From: Eubacterium sp. UBA3720
GTDB lineage: Bacteria; Bacillota; Clostridia; Lachnospirales; Lachnospiraceae
Assembly (NCBI GenBank): GCA_002371335.1
Contig: DFHP01000205.1
Span: forward strand, 1-51,969
DNA length: 51,969 nt
Direction: 5' to 3'
The position numbers and the translations under genes were made by a program. The notes under the pieces are model-generated. The model ran no database searches, had not been told where the DNA came from, and was given only the letters and a program-made list of their open reading frames with translations. The stretch's first letter is position 1. Each line of letters opens with the position of its first letter. Positions 34,771-44,539 of this stretch are shown piece by piece.

Positions 34771-35556
34771 TCATTCAATCTGCGCAACTATCTCCGATAT
34801 TGCCACCAACGCAGCTTTGCCGCTGATAGCTATCCTTCCGCTGTCTTTCATCTCACAATACAGATGGCCGCCCCGCTTTGAAGCCTGATATGCATGTATC
34901 TTTGTCTTTCCAAGTTCCTCTGACCAGTAATCAGCGATCTGACAGTGGGCTGATCCGCATACAGGATCTTCCGGTACAGCTACTTTAGGCGCAAAGCTCC
35001 GGGACACACAGTCCACATCTTTTCCTGCTGCAGTAGCATTCTGCAGACGGCCTTCTATTTTCATAAGCCCCGCCTGATCAGGCTGCATTTTCCTGACCTG
35101 TTCTTCTGTTTCAAATACACAGATCAGATCCATACCAAGAAGCGCCTTGATCGGACGAACACCGAATGCTTTCTCCATTTCATCTGTTACAGGGATTTCT
35201 TTCAGCTCATATGTCGGAAAATCCATCTCATACAGAAAATCCTTTTTCTTTACAGTAAGGATACCGCTCAGCGTACTGAACTGTACCTCATTGCTTTCCG
35301 GTTCATAATAATTCAGGATCACAAATGCAGACGCCAGTGTGGCATGGCCGCACAGCTCAACTTCAGTTCCGGGTGTGAACCACCGCAGATGATATCCCTT
35401 ATCCTCCTTGACGATAAAAGCTGTTTCCGAAAGGTTGTTTTCCATTGCCAGCTTCATCATAGCCTCTTCTGACGGCCAGGTGTCCATTACGCAGACCGCT
35501 GCCGGATTTCCGGAAAAAGGCTTGTCCGTAAACGCGTCAACTATATACTGTTTCAT
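34771..35556 (-). CDS. PhzF family isomerase-like protein
   Basis: MKQYIVDAFTDKPFSGNPAAVCV N-terminus is typical of PhzF/YddE. Start set at ATG 35556 (GAGGAAAG 6 nt upstream). Confidence 0.88.
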   Translation of the reverse strand: MKQYIVDAFTDKPFSGNPAAVCVMDTWPSEEAMMKLAMENNLSETAFIVKEDKGYHLRWFTPGTEVELCGHATLASAFVILNYYEPESNEVQFSTLSGILTVKKKDFLYEMDFPTYELKEIPVTDEMEKAFGVRPIKALLGMDLICVFETEEQVRKMQPDQAGLMKIEGRLQNATAAGKDVDCVSRSFAPKVAVPEDPVCGSAHCQIADYWSEELGKTKIHAYQASKRGGHLYCEMKDSGRIAISGKAALVAISEIVAQIE

Positions 35557-35618
35557 TCTGTCTTTCCTCTTCACACAGCATCTTTCTTAATCTAAATATG
35601 GTTTTTTATCAGATTATC

Positions 35619-36632
35619 TCACACTCCATATTTATCCAGATAATCCGAAAGTCTCAGCCAGTCTATTTGTACCTGCCTTGATTTCCACTCTTCTTCCAAA
35701 GCCGGCAATTCTGCTTCAGATATCTGGTTTTCAGGCCACTTAGCTGCTTCATTGATATCCTCTATCGGACCGTTTATATGAACGGCACTTTCCCAGTATC
35801 CGATAAACTCGTCCTCCGTAAATCCATTATTGCCCCAATCCTCTTCCCGATTTAAGTCTAATGCCGTACTGTCAAAATGAAGTCTCCACGTTCCGCTGTA
35901 GGCTGCTCCCGAACTGCCTGTCTCATAAATATAACCATCATTACCCAGCCAATGCAGGTCTCTGCTTCCGCCTTCGCAGATCTTTATCACCTGACCATCT
36001 GCCAGCGCATATCCTCTTTCAAATGAATCCTTCGGAATCCAGTCGGCATCTGCATCAGGCAGGACGCCGAATATGATCTCAAACGTTCCGTCACTGTCCA
36101 GATCAACATATGTGTATCCCACATTGTAAAGATTATAGTTGTAGTCCATTTCAAACGATGAGCCAAGCGTTACTCCTTTGTTTTCATCAGAACTTTTATA
36201 CATCAGATCGCTCGTTTTTACCGGCTGCTCATACTTGACTCCCTGATTCCTCCATTCCATCTCTTCATCATAAGCTGCGACCATGTCAGCAAACGCACCG
36301 GCATACATTTCATCATATTTTTCAATGATCTCTGCATCCGTCATTCTATAGACAAAAATGCCGTTCTCTTCTGCCAAATATGTGCGGTCATATAAACCTG
36401 CTTCAGGACCGTACTTTCCTGAAGGCGCCTCCTCCGGAATGATTTCTGAGGCACTCTCTGTTTCAATTGCTGAATTATTCATGACCGCCTCCGAGGAATC
36501 TTCTGATTCAGCTTTCGCTGTCACTTCTGATTTCTCAAACGTAACCTTCTCCGTATTTTCAGAAGCAGTACTGCATCCTGCTAATATAACTGTACCTGCT
36601 ATCACCAAACTGCTAACTAATCTTTTTTTCAT
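35619..36632 (-). CDS. Hypothetical lipoprotein
   Basis: MKKRLVSSLVIAGTVILAGCS gives a signal peptide plus lipobox. No recognisable domain. Confidence 0.75.
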   Translation of the reverse strand: MKKRLVSSLVIAGTVILAGCSTASENTEKVTFEKSEVTAKAESEDSSEAVMNNSAIETESASEIIPEEAPSGKYGPEAGLYDRTYLAEENGIFVYRMTDAEIIEKYDEMYAGAFADMVAAYDEEMEWRNQGVKYEQPVKTSDLMYKSSDENKGVTLGSSFEMDYNYNLYNVGYTYVDLDSDGTFEIIFGVLPDADADWIPKDSFERGYALADGQVIKICEGGSRDLHWLGNDGYIYETGSSGAAYSGTWRLHFDSTALDLNREEDWGNNGFTEDEFIGYWESAVHINGPIEDINEAAKWPENQISEAELPALEEEWKSRQVQIDWLRLSDYLDKYGV

Positions 36633-36673
36633 GGCCTCCCCCTCATTTTACTTTTTGTTCTTCGTGTTTCCGA

Positions 36674-37327
36674 TCAGTCTCTGCTCTCAATCATGATCAT
36701 TATGCCTTTATCATAACTTACGAAAGCATGCTCATCTGTAATCTCATTACTGACGAAGAGACCTTCGTCGCCTTTTTTCATGCTTCTGTCGGTGACCGGA
36801 TATTTGAATCCTTTCAATGTCAGGTGTGTTACTTCCTCAGAATAAGGGAAAAATGAGACAAATTTCCCGTACTGTGATGTTCTGTCGATTTCAAACGAGG
36901 TTTCAACGGGCATTGTTATCCTGTTGTGCGGATCAAGGATGACTCCCCTGATATTTCTTTCTCTAAGGTAATTCAGACAAAAGATATTGCTCATGCTGTG
37001 ATCCAGTCTTGTTCCGGTGGCGCCGATGAAATACACCTCATCCGCTCCCATCTCCACTGCCTTTCGCATGGCAATTCCGGTATCCGTATAATCCTTCACG
37101 GGATTATATCTGTCTATACTGATGGTTCCCTCCTCTTCATATTGATCTATCAGTCCGGGGAGAATACTGTCAAAATCGCCTACTATATAGTCTATACGGA
37201 GTTTCAGCCTGTCGCAGACCTCCAGGCCTTTATCAGCCGCGATCATATAATCAAAACTGTGATCCCGGAGAAATTCCCGGGCAAATTCTTCCTCAATGCT
37301 TCCACCTGAAATGATCAACACCTTCAT
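36674..37327 (-). CDS. thiN: Thiamine pyrophosphokinase
   Basis: 217 aa. MKVLIISGG..., GDFDS and GATGTRLDH motifs. Confidence 0.88.
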   Translation of the reverse strand: MKVLIISGGSIEEEFAREFLRDHSFDYMIAADKGLEVCDRLKLRIDYIVGDFDSILPGLIDQYEEEGTISIDRYNPVKDYTDTGIAMRKAVEMGADEVYFIGATGTRLDHSMSNIFCLNYLRERNIRGVILDPHNRITMPVETSFEIDRTSQYGKFVSFFPYSEEVTHLTLKGFKYPVTDRSMKKGDEGLFVSNEITDEHAFVSYDKGIMIMIESRD

Positions 37328-37480
37328 GTTTTGATTTCCTTTCCGAACCTTTTTATCTTTATCTGTTTCCCTTAGCTAATTACTAATATTTAAGAGGGAG
37401 AGATCCCTGTAAGTAATTCCGTCATTTTCAATTCTATCAGTTTGTTCATGTAAGAACGGCATAATCTCCTGTGAGACAGG

Positions 37481-37511
37481 AAAAAACCCGGACAGAGGAG
37501 CTCCGTCCGGG
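37481..37511 (-). terminator. Intrinsic terminator after rpe
   Basis: Minus strand: CCCGGAC-11 nt-GTCCGGG followed by TTTTTT. Confidence 0.85.
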
Positions 37512-37532
37512 ATGGTTTCTTCTTACATGGAA

Positions 37533-38195
37533 TCAGCTTCTGGCCGCAAATTTCTCATTAAACATATCGATGTTTTTCTCGATATCTCCGTTGAAAACGG
37601 CAGATCCTGCTACCAGGATCTCAGCGCCTGCATCAAGCACCTCGTCCACTGTCTTTGCGTTTACGCCGCCGTCGACTTCGATCGGTACATTTTTGTAACC
37701 GGCGTCATCAAGTTTTTTACGAAGATCTGCGATCTTCTGCGTTACTGCCTTGATATAAGACTGTCCGCCGTAACCCGGGTTTACAGACATCAGCAGTACC
37801 ATATCCAGACGGTCCATCACATAGTCGATGCAGTTCAGCGGCGTTGCAGGATTCAGAACGACTCCGGCCTTCATTCCGGCGTCATGGATCGCCTGCAGAG
37901 TTCTGTCGAGGTGTACGCACGCCTCTGCGTGAACCGTTACCATGTCTGCGCCGCAGGCTTTCAGATCATCGATGAATCTGCCCGGCTCTTCGACCATCAT
38001 ATGCACGTCAAAGAACATTCCGCTTTTCTTTCTGATAGATTTGATAACAGGCATTCCGAAAGAGATCTGCGGAACAAAAGCGCCATCCATCACGTCTATG
38101 TGGAGCCATTTAACGCCTTTTGCCTCGATCCTTCCGAGCTGCTCTCCGAGAATGTTAAAATCTGCTGATAACATTGAAGGGGCTAATTCGTACAT
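37533..38195 (-). CDS. rpe: Ribulose-phosphate 3-epimerase
   Basis: 220 aa. LAPSMLSADF, HIDVMDG and VNPGYGGQ motifs. Confidence 0.95.
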   Translation of the reverse strand: MYELAPSMLSADFNILGEQLGRIEAKGVKWLHIDVMDGAFVPQISFGMPVIKSIRKKSGMFFDVHMMVEEPGRFIDDLKACGADMVTVHAEACVHLDRTLQAIHDAGMKAGVVLNPATPLNCIDYVMDRLDMVLLMSVNPGYGGQSYIKAVTQKIADLRKKLDDAGYKNVPIEVDGGVNAKTVDEVLDAGAEILVAGSAVFNGDIEKNIDMFNEKFAARS

Positions 38196-38196
38196 A

Positions 38197-39081
38197 TCAA
38201 TATCTCCTTTTCTCTTTTTCCTCTAACTCTCTGTATATCATAACATAATTATGATATCGTTCTTTAGAAATTTTGCCTTCCCGCAGAGCGTTTTTCACCG
38301 CGCAGTCAGGCTCGGCAGTATGGGAGCATCCCACGAATCTGCACTGATCAGCATATCTGTCGATCTCAGGAAAGCACGTTTCCAGTTCTTCCTTTTTCAT
38401 ATCCGGAAGAAACAGCGAAGTGAATCCCGGAGTGTCGCACAGATAACTCTCTCCATTCAGCATGATCAGTTCAGCATGCCTCGTCGTGTGGCGTCCCCGA
38501 CCGAGTTTTTTGCTGATCTCGCCCGTTTCCATCATTACATGATCCTGCAGAAGATTGGTGACTGATGATTTTCCGGCGCCAGACGGGCCGGCGATCACAG
38601 TGGTCTTTCCCTGCAGTTTTTCCCGGAGCTGTTCTATGCCGATGTTATTCTCAGCACTGCAGAACAGGATCTCATAGCCGCTGTTTCTGTATACATTTTT
38701 CCAGTGGGCTATGGTATCTTCCCCGGCCAGATCCAGTTTATTAAAACAAATAAAAGCCGGTACACTCTGCATCTTCATCATAGTAAGAAAACGATCGATC
38801 AGCACTCCATCCGGATCCGGATCCTTAACAGCAAAGAGGACCATTGCCTGGTCCACATTTGCTGCCGCCGGCCGTATCAATTCGTTTTTTCTCGGGAAAA
38901 TCTGAGTAATACTGGCTTCTTTATCTTTTTCGTGCGTGACTGAAATATCCACCCAGTCTCCCACCAGGGGTTTTGTCTTCAGCAGTCTGAAAATTCCTCT
39001 GGCTTTACATGCATAAATTCCGGCGTCTTCCGTTGCTACGTAGTAAAAGCCGCCGATTCCGCGAATAATTCTTCCTCTCAT
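38197..39081 (-). CDS. rsgA: Ribosome small subunit-dependent GTPase A
   Basis: OB-fold N-terminus (GRIIRGIGGFYYV), circularly permuted GTPase motifs NKLDL and GPSGAGKSS, and a C-terminal Cys/His zinc cluster CRFVGCSHTAEPDC. Confidence 0.93.
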   Translation of the reverse strand: MRGRIIRGIGGFYYVATEDAGIYACKARGIFRLLKTKPLVGDWVDISVTHEKDKEASITQIFPRKNELIRPAAANVDQAMVLFAVKDPDPDGVLIDRFLTMMKMQSVPAFICFNKLDLAGEDTIAHWKNVYRNSGYEILFCSAENNIGIEQLREKLQGKTTVIAGPSGAGKSSVTNLLQDHVMMETGEISKKLGRGRHTTRHAELIMLNGESYLCDTPGFTSLFLPDMKKEELETCFPEIDRYADQCRFVGCSHTAEPDCAVKNALREGKISKERYHNYVMIYRELEEKEKRRY

Positions 39082-39088
39082 ATAAGGA

Positions 39089-41146
39089 TCACGCCGCTCT
39101 GAATGTTACTACAGGATACCTGGCGATCAGTGAATTATCCTCGTAAACATTGATCGTTCCGTTTGTACCGTAGGAGCTGTAGATCGGACTGCTGTAATCG
39201 CCTGACGTCCACGGGTTCGAGCCCTGATAAATGATGCTCGTGATCCCGTTCTGTACCAGCTCCAGAGTTACTCTTCCACCGTTATACTGATCAGGACGTG
39301 CGAGAGTACCGGTGCTGACATAGGAGTCCTCCGACTGACTATCAGAAGAATCTGAGGATCCTCCGTCGTTTACAATGATCGTAACCGTAGATCCCGCAGG
39401 AACCTGAGATCCTGCCTCCGGTGTAGTGGAAATGACCTCATTGGCTCCGACAAGGTCTGAAGATCCTGATGAGATCGAATAATTAAGTCCCAGTGCGGAA
39501 AGCGCGGAAATCGCTCTCTCCTGTGTTTCTCCGCTGACGTTAGGAACCGTCACCTGTTCGCCGGAGCTTTCTCCGCCGCTTCCTGAGCTTACATATACGG
39601 TAACGGAAGCGCCCGGTGAAACTACAGAACCTTCGGATGGATTTGTGGAAACCACGCTTCCTACCGGAACGGAATCGCTTGCCTGAAGCTCAACGACTGT
39701 AGTCAGTCCCATGTCGTTCAGGATCTTTTCGGCATCTGCCTGCGGCATGCCTGCAAGTCCCGAAGGTATCGTTATCTGTGAAATACCGCCGCTGACGGTA
39801 ACCTCAATTGTGGTCTGTTTATCCACCTTTGTTCCTTCAGCGATGTTCTGGTAAAGGATCGTTCCTTCAGCGTAGACATCGGAGCTCTCCGTAGCTACCT
39901 GCTTTACGCCGATGCCAAGAGCGTTTGCCTGCGCGATCGCGTCCTCAAGAGTCATTCCGAGGAAGGAAGGTACTGTTACCTGTTCATCTGCGACGCTTTC
40001 TTCTTTTACAATGCTTGAGCTTACCGAAGTATCTTTACTATTATCGAACAGTCCTGCCATATTGGCTATAAAGAAGATCAGCGCGGCGATGATTATGATT
40101 CCCACAAGGAATCCGCCGATCGTCAGCCCTTTCTCGAGCTTCGAGCCTCCTTTATCTTCCTCTTCATAGTCGTTTTCTATGACTATCGGCTGATGCTTCT
40201 GTTTTTTCTGTTTCGCTTTCTTTTTATCTCTCTCAAGGCTGTCGCGGACATCGTTCATCTCCTTTTCGGAGATCTTTACTGTTCCGGCAGGATCGGAGAG
40301 CCTGTTCATTACCACAAAGTCGCCGTCCGGCTCCAGCAGAGAACGTTTCAGATCTTCGATCATGTCTCCTACGTTCTGGTAACGCTTGTTGGACGTCTTC
40401 ATCGTGGCCTTAAGGATGATCTGCTCAAGGGCATGAGGCAGATCCGGCGTATATTTTGACGGAGGTACCATCTCCTCCTGAAGATGCTTGATGGCGATCG
40501 CCACCGTCGTATCACCGTCGAACGGAACTCTTCCCGTTACCATTTCATACATGGTGATACCCAACGAATATATGTCGCTGCGGGCATCAGACATGCCGCC
40601 GCGCACCTGTTCCGGCGAGCTGTAATGCACGGATCCCATGACGTTCGTGGTGATCGTATTGGAATTCGTGGCTTTCGCGATACCAAAATCAGAAAGCTTC
40701 ACCTTTCCGTCAGTGGAAATAATGATGTTCTGCGGCTTAACGTCTCTGTGGACGATTCCCCTGTTATGGGCCGCCTGCAGTCCGAGCGCCACCTGGATCG
40801 CTATACTTGTGGCCTCTTTTACGGAAAGCTTTCCTTTCTTTGTGATATAGTTCTTAAGCGTGATGCCTTCCACAAGCTCCATTACGATATAATAGAGACC
40901 GCGGTCCTCACCTACGTCAAATACGTTTACTACGTTCGGGTGCGACAGCATCGCTGCCGACTGCGCTTCTTTCTGGAATTTCGAAACAAAGGACTTATCC
41001 TCGCGGAATTCAGCCTTCATTACCTTTACCGCAACCAGACGATTCAGCTTATGATCGTTGGCTTTATAAACATCTGCCATTCCGCCGGAGCCGACTCGAG
41101 ACAGAATTTCATATCTTTCCCCTAATATTATTCCCTCTTTTAACAT
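39089..41146 (-). CDS. prkC: Ser/Thr protein kinase with a TM helix, three PASTA repeats and a C-terminal beta-rich domain
   Basis: Kinase motifs GSGGMADVYKA, VAVK, HRDVKPQN and DFG. TM segment at about aa 345-365. Three repeats, each about 65 aa, of the type VPSFLGM...A...L...GL. Confidence 0.95.
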   Translation of the reverse strand: MLKEGIILGERYEILSRVGSGGMADVYKANDHKLNRLVAVKVMKAEFREDKSFVSKFQKEAQSAAMLSHPNVVNVFDVGEDRGLYYIVMELVEGITLKNYITKKGKLSVKEATSIAIQVALGLQAAHNRGIVHRDVKPQNIIISTDGKVKLSDFGIAKATNSNTITTNVMGSVHYSSPEQVRGGMSDARSDIYSLGITMYEMVTGRVPFDGDTTVAIAIKHLQEEMVPPSKYTPDLPHALEQIILKATMKTSNKRYQNVGDMIEDLKRSLLEPDGDFVVMNRLSDPAGTVKISEKEMNDVRDSLERDKKKAKQKKQKHQPIVIENDYEEEDKGGSKLEKGLTIGGFLVGIIIIAALIFFIANMAGLFDNSKDTSVSSSIVKEESVADEQVTVPSFLGMTLEDAIAQANALGIGVKQVATESSDVYAEGTILYQNIAEGTKVDKQTTIEVTVSGGISQITIPSGLAGMPQADAEKILNDMGLTTVVELQASDSVPVGSVVSTNPSEGSVVSPGASVTVYVSSGSGGESSGEQVTVPNVSGETQERAISALSALGLNYSISSGSSDLVGANEVISTTPEAGSQVPAGSTVTIIVNDGGSSDSSDSQSEDSYVSTGTLARPDQYNGGRVTLELVQNGITSIIYQGSNPWTSGDYSSPIYSSYGTNGTINVYEDNSLIARYPVVTFRAA

Positions 41147-41883
41147 TAATTCACCTCATCTGTAAATGGTTCTACGACGACGACCGCAATATTATCCAGC
41201 CCTCCGTTCTCATTAGCAAGTTCTACCAGTTTTGCCGCCTTGTCATCAATGTCATTTGAGCTAAGGACTTTATAAATGGCGCTTTCCCCCACCATATTGT
41301 ACAGGCCGTCCGAACACATCATGAAGCAGGCGTTTTCCTCCAGTTTGACATCAAAGAAATCTACTCTGATATCCTCCCCGGTACCGACTGCCCTGGTAAT
41401 GATGTTTTTGTCCGGATGATGTTTCGCCTCTTCCGGTGAGAGCTCCCCCAAGCGTACCATTTCTGCGATCAGCGAATGATCGTGAGTGATCTGTGACAAA
41501 CCATCGTTATCCGCGATGTACATACGGCTGTCGCCTACATTTGCCACAAAAACGTAACCTCCTACTACAGTGGCTACCACCATCGTACTTCCCATGCCCG
41601 ACAGCAACGGATCCGAAACGGATTTTTCATAAACGGCGAGATTCGCCGCTTCCACTCCTGCCTGCATGATTTTCACAGGATTAAAATTTTTATCATTTTT
41701 TATGGTTTCGACCAGCGTAGTTACGCCGTAACGTGACGCGTAATCTCCCGCATTATGTCCGCCCATACCATCAGCTACTACAAACAGGTTGGGCAGGTTG
41801 CCGACCGGCTCTGTGGATGTGAACATGTAATCCTGGTTCATATCCCTTTTTCTGCCGACATCAGTTGCTGCTATTACCTTCAT
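41146..41883 (-). CDS. stp: PP2C-family Ser/Thr phosphatase (Stp/PrpC)
   Basis: TDVGRKRDMNQD, VADGMGGH and DNIAVVVV motifs. Start set at ATG 41883 (GGGAG 8 nt upstream). The stop overlaps the prkC ATG (TAATG). Confidence 0.93.
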   Translation of the reverse strand: MKVIAATDVGRKRDMNQDYMFTSTEPVGNLPNLFVVADGMGGHNAGDYASRYGVTTLVETIKNDKNFNPVKIMQAGVEAANLAVYEKSVSDPLLSGMGSTMVVATVVGGYVFVANVGDSRMYIADNDGLSQITHDHSLIAEMVRLGELSPEEAKHHPDKNIITRAVGTGEDIRVDFFDVKLEENACFMMCSDGLYNMVGESAIYKVLSSNDIDDKAAKLVELANENGGLDNIAVVVVEPFTDEVN

Positions 41884-41947
41884 TTTAAATCTCCCGTTCA
41901 AAAACACAGCCCGCATCTGAATGTACTTTACGCGGGCCTGCTTTCTC

Positions 41948-43009
41948 TCAGAAATGTTTTTCTTCCTGCGATGTGATATATCTCTTTCTTAATTGACCAC
42001 AGGCTCCGTCAATATCGGAGCCCATTTCCCTTCTTATAGTAACATTTATTCTATATTTTTCAAGTTTATTTTGGAAATTGCGAATTACATTTTTGTCAGA
42101 ACGCCTGAAATTTCGCTCTTTTACGGGGTTTACCGGTATGAGATTTATATGACAGTTCAACCCTTTTACCAGGTGCGCGAGCGCTTCCGCGTGTCTGTCG
42201 GAGTCATTATTTCCCTTGATCAGCGCGTATTCAAACGTAATACGGCGTCCTGTTTTTCTGAAATATTCCCGGCATGCATCCATCAGTTCTTCCACCGGAT
42301 AGCTTTTCCCAACCGGCATCAGTTCCCGCCGTTCTTCATCTATCGGATTATGAAGGGAAATGGCAAGCGTAACAGCCAGCTTTTCATCCGCGAACGCCCG
42401 GATCTGCGGCACGAGTCCGCATGTAGAAACCGTGATGTTTCTCTGGCTTATGTTTATCCCTTTATCGCTGCTGACAAGCCGGATGAACCGCACCACATTA
42501 TCAAAGTTATCCATCGGCTCGCCGCTTCCCATGATATCGATATTCGAGACCCGCTCGCCGGTCAGGCGCTGTATCTCGTAGATCTGCTCCAGCATTTCCG
42601 ACGCCTGCAGCGGCCGTACAAGGCCGTCCAGCGTAGATGCGCAGAACCTGCAGCCCATACGGCAGCCGACCTGTGAAGAGATACACACCGAATTTCCGTG
42701 CCTGTACTTCATCCAGACACTCTCGATCACATTTCCGTCGCTCAGCGCAAAAAGATATTTCCTGGTATCATTGTTTTTTGAAACCAGCACCTCCACCGGA
42801 TAAATTGTCGTATATGGGTATTCCTTCGTCAGTTTTTCTCTGAGACCTGACGGAAGGTTAAGCATTTCATCATAGCTTTTCACCCTTTTTTCATGGATCC
42901 ACGAAAAAAGCTGCCCCGCGCGGAACGGCTTCTCCCCCATATCCGTCAGTAATTCCCTCAATTCATCTTCGTACATGGACTTAATATCCACGCTGCCACT
43001 ATGCGACAT
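41948..43009 (-). CDS. rlmN: 23S rRNA/tRNA (adenine-C2)-methyltransferase, radical SAM
   Basis: 353 aa. Radical SAM cluster motif GCRMGCRFCAS and downstream GSGEP. Confidence 0.95.
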   Translation of the reverse strand: MSHSGSVDIKSMYEDELRELLTDMGEKPFRAGQLFSWIHEKRVKSYDEMLNLPSGLREKLTKEYPYTTIYPVEVLVSKNNDTRKYLFALSDGNVIESVWMKYRHGNSVCISSQVGCRMGCRFCASTLDGLVRPLQASEMLEQIYEIQRLTGERVSNIDIMGSGEPMDNFDNVVRFIRLVSSDKGINISQRNITVSTCGLVPQIRAFADEKLAVTLAISLHNPIDEERRELMPVGKSYPVEELMDACREYFRKTGRRITFEYALIKGNNDSDRHAEALAHLVKGLNCHINLIPVNPVKERNFRRSDKNVIRNFQNKLEKYRINVTIRREMGSDIDGACGQLRKRYITSQEEKHF

Positions 43010-43036
43010 AGCACTCTCCCGTCATTAAGTATTTAT

Positions 43037-43066
43037 TTATAAAACTTCCCGCTTTATGCTGAAGGG
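43037..43066 (-). repeat. Copy B of the roughly 30-nt intergenic element (see 14377..14407), inside a 10-bp inverted repeat AAAACTTCCC/GGGAAGTTTT (43041-50 / 43082-91)
   Basis: Reverse complement reads cccttcagcataaagcgggaagttttataa. It lies 28-57 nt upstream of the rlmN start. Confidence 0.7.
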
Positions 43067-43189
43067 TTAATTGTGACATATGGGAAGTTTTAATTATTTA
43101 TTTAACAGCAGATGAAGTGAATGCATAGAAGTTCTTTGTGCGGAAGCCGCTTGAACATTCACATAATTCTCATATACTGAGCTTCCCTG

Positions 43190-44539
43190 TCACCCGTTTT
43201 TTAATATGAACCTGCTGATAAAGAATCCGTCGCAGGGATAAACTCCCGGCAGAAGCTGAAGATACCCTTCTTTGAGAGACGGTTCTTTCCGAAGCTTTTC
43301 CGGCATGTATTCTGTCAGATCTCCTGCTCTGACCGGCAGGTTTTCTTTAATCCATTGTACGTTATGAAGGTTTTCTTCCTCCGTGACTGTACAGGTGCTG
43401 TATATCAGCACACCGTCTTTTTTCAGATACCGGACGGCGTTTTTCAGTATATCTTTCTGTAGTGCCGAAAGAGCGTCGATCCTTCTCTGATCAGCGTAGT
43501 ACTTGATATCCGGTTTTCTGCCGATCACGCCCAGTCCGGAGCACGGCAGATCTGCTATCACCACGTCTGCCCATCCGAACAGTTCTTCATCCGGAATGGC
43601 GGCGTCACGTACTTCGACACGGACATTTGAAGTACCGCACCGCATAAGGTTTTCTCCGATCAGCATTGTTTTTGATTCTGTCAGATCTCTTGATATGACC
43701 TGACCTGTCCCGTTCAGCATATCCGCGGCCAGGATCGTCTTTCCTCCGGGAGCCGCGCACAGATCCAGTATGTTCATTCCTTCCCGGATCCCGGCTGCCT
43801 CGACAGCCAGCATTGAACTGACATCCTGTACTGTGATATCCCCTCTCCTGAAGGGCTCCAGTTCTGCCACTGAGGAAGCTCCCTTCAGTATAAAGGCGTA
43901 CGGAAGCCACGGACCTTTCACAACCGTGATCCCGGCGTTTTCCATTTCTTTTATGACCTGAGACTGATTTCTCCTGATCCGCACACTGAGCGGCGGCACC
44001 TCCAGAAAGGCTTTCGCCATGATCTCTGTTTTTTCGGGACCGAACTCACGTATCCAGCGTTCCGCAAGAAATTCCGGTATGGAATAGTTCACGGAAATAT
44101 ACTCCGTAAAATTCTCCCTGCCGGGAAAACTGATCCGGTCTTTTTCTCTGCTTATGCTTCTGAGTATCCCGTTGACAAATCCTTTTAAAGAATAAAATCC
44201 TCTTTTCTGCGCCAGCTTCACGGATTCGTTTACCGCGGCGCGGTCAGGGACTGAATTCATATACAGGATCTGATAAGTGCCCATACGCAGGATCTCCCGG
44301 ATCATAGGCTTCATTTTTTTCGTTTTTGTCTTTGCGAAAATATCTATCACATGATCCAGTTTTATCCTGTTTTCCAGTGTTCCTTCCGTAAGCCTCCGGT
44401 AAAAGTTCTTTTCCCTGACGGAAAGATAACCGTGGGCTTCCAGAACGTTTCTGATATAAATATGACAGGGCGTTTCATTTTTCTGCATCTCAAGCAGGGA
44501 ATCAAGGGCCAGCATGCGCAGATCCTCTGTTTTAGCCAC
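43190..44539 (-). CDS. rsmB: 16S rRNA (cytosine967-C5)-methyltransferase
   Basis: NusB-like N-terminus. SAM motif DLCAAPGGKT. Catalytic cysteines in DLPCSGLG and STCT. Confidence 0.92.
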   Translation of the reverse strand: MAKTEDLRMLALDSLLEMQKNETPCHIYIRNVLEAHGYLSVREKNFYRRLTEGTLENRIKLDHVIDIFAKTKTKKMKPMIREILRMGTYQILYMNSVPDRAAVNESVKLAQKRGFYSLKGFVNGILRSISREKDRISFPGRENFTEYISVNYSIPEFLAERWIREFGPEKTEIMAKAFLEVPPLSVRIRRNQSQVIKEMENAGITVVKGPWLPYAFILKGASSVAELEPFRRGDITVQDVSSMLAVEAAGIREGMNILDLCAAPGGKTILAADMLNGTGQVISRDLTESKTMLIGENLMRCGTSNVRVEVRDAAIPDEELFGWADVVIADLPCSGLGVIGRKPDIKYYADQRRIDALSALQKDILKNAVRYLKKDGVLIYSTCTVTEEENLHNVQWIKENLPVRAGDLTEYMPEKLRKEPSLKEGYLQLLPGVYPCDGFFISRFILKNG

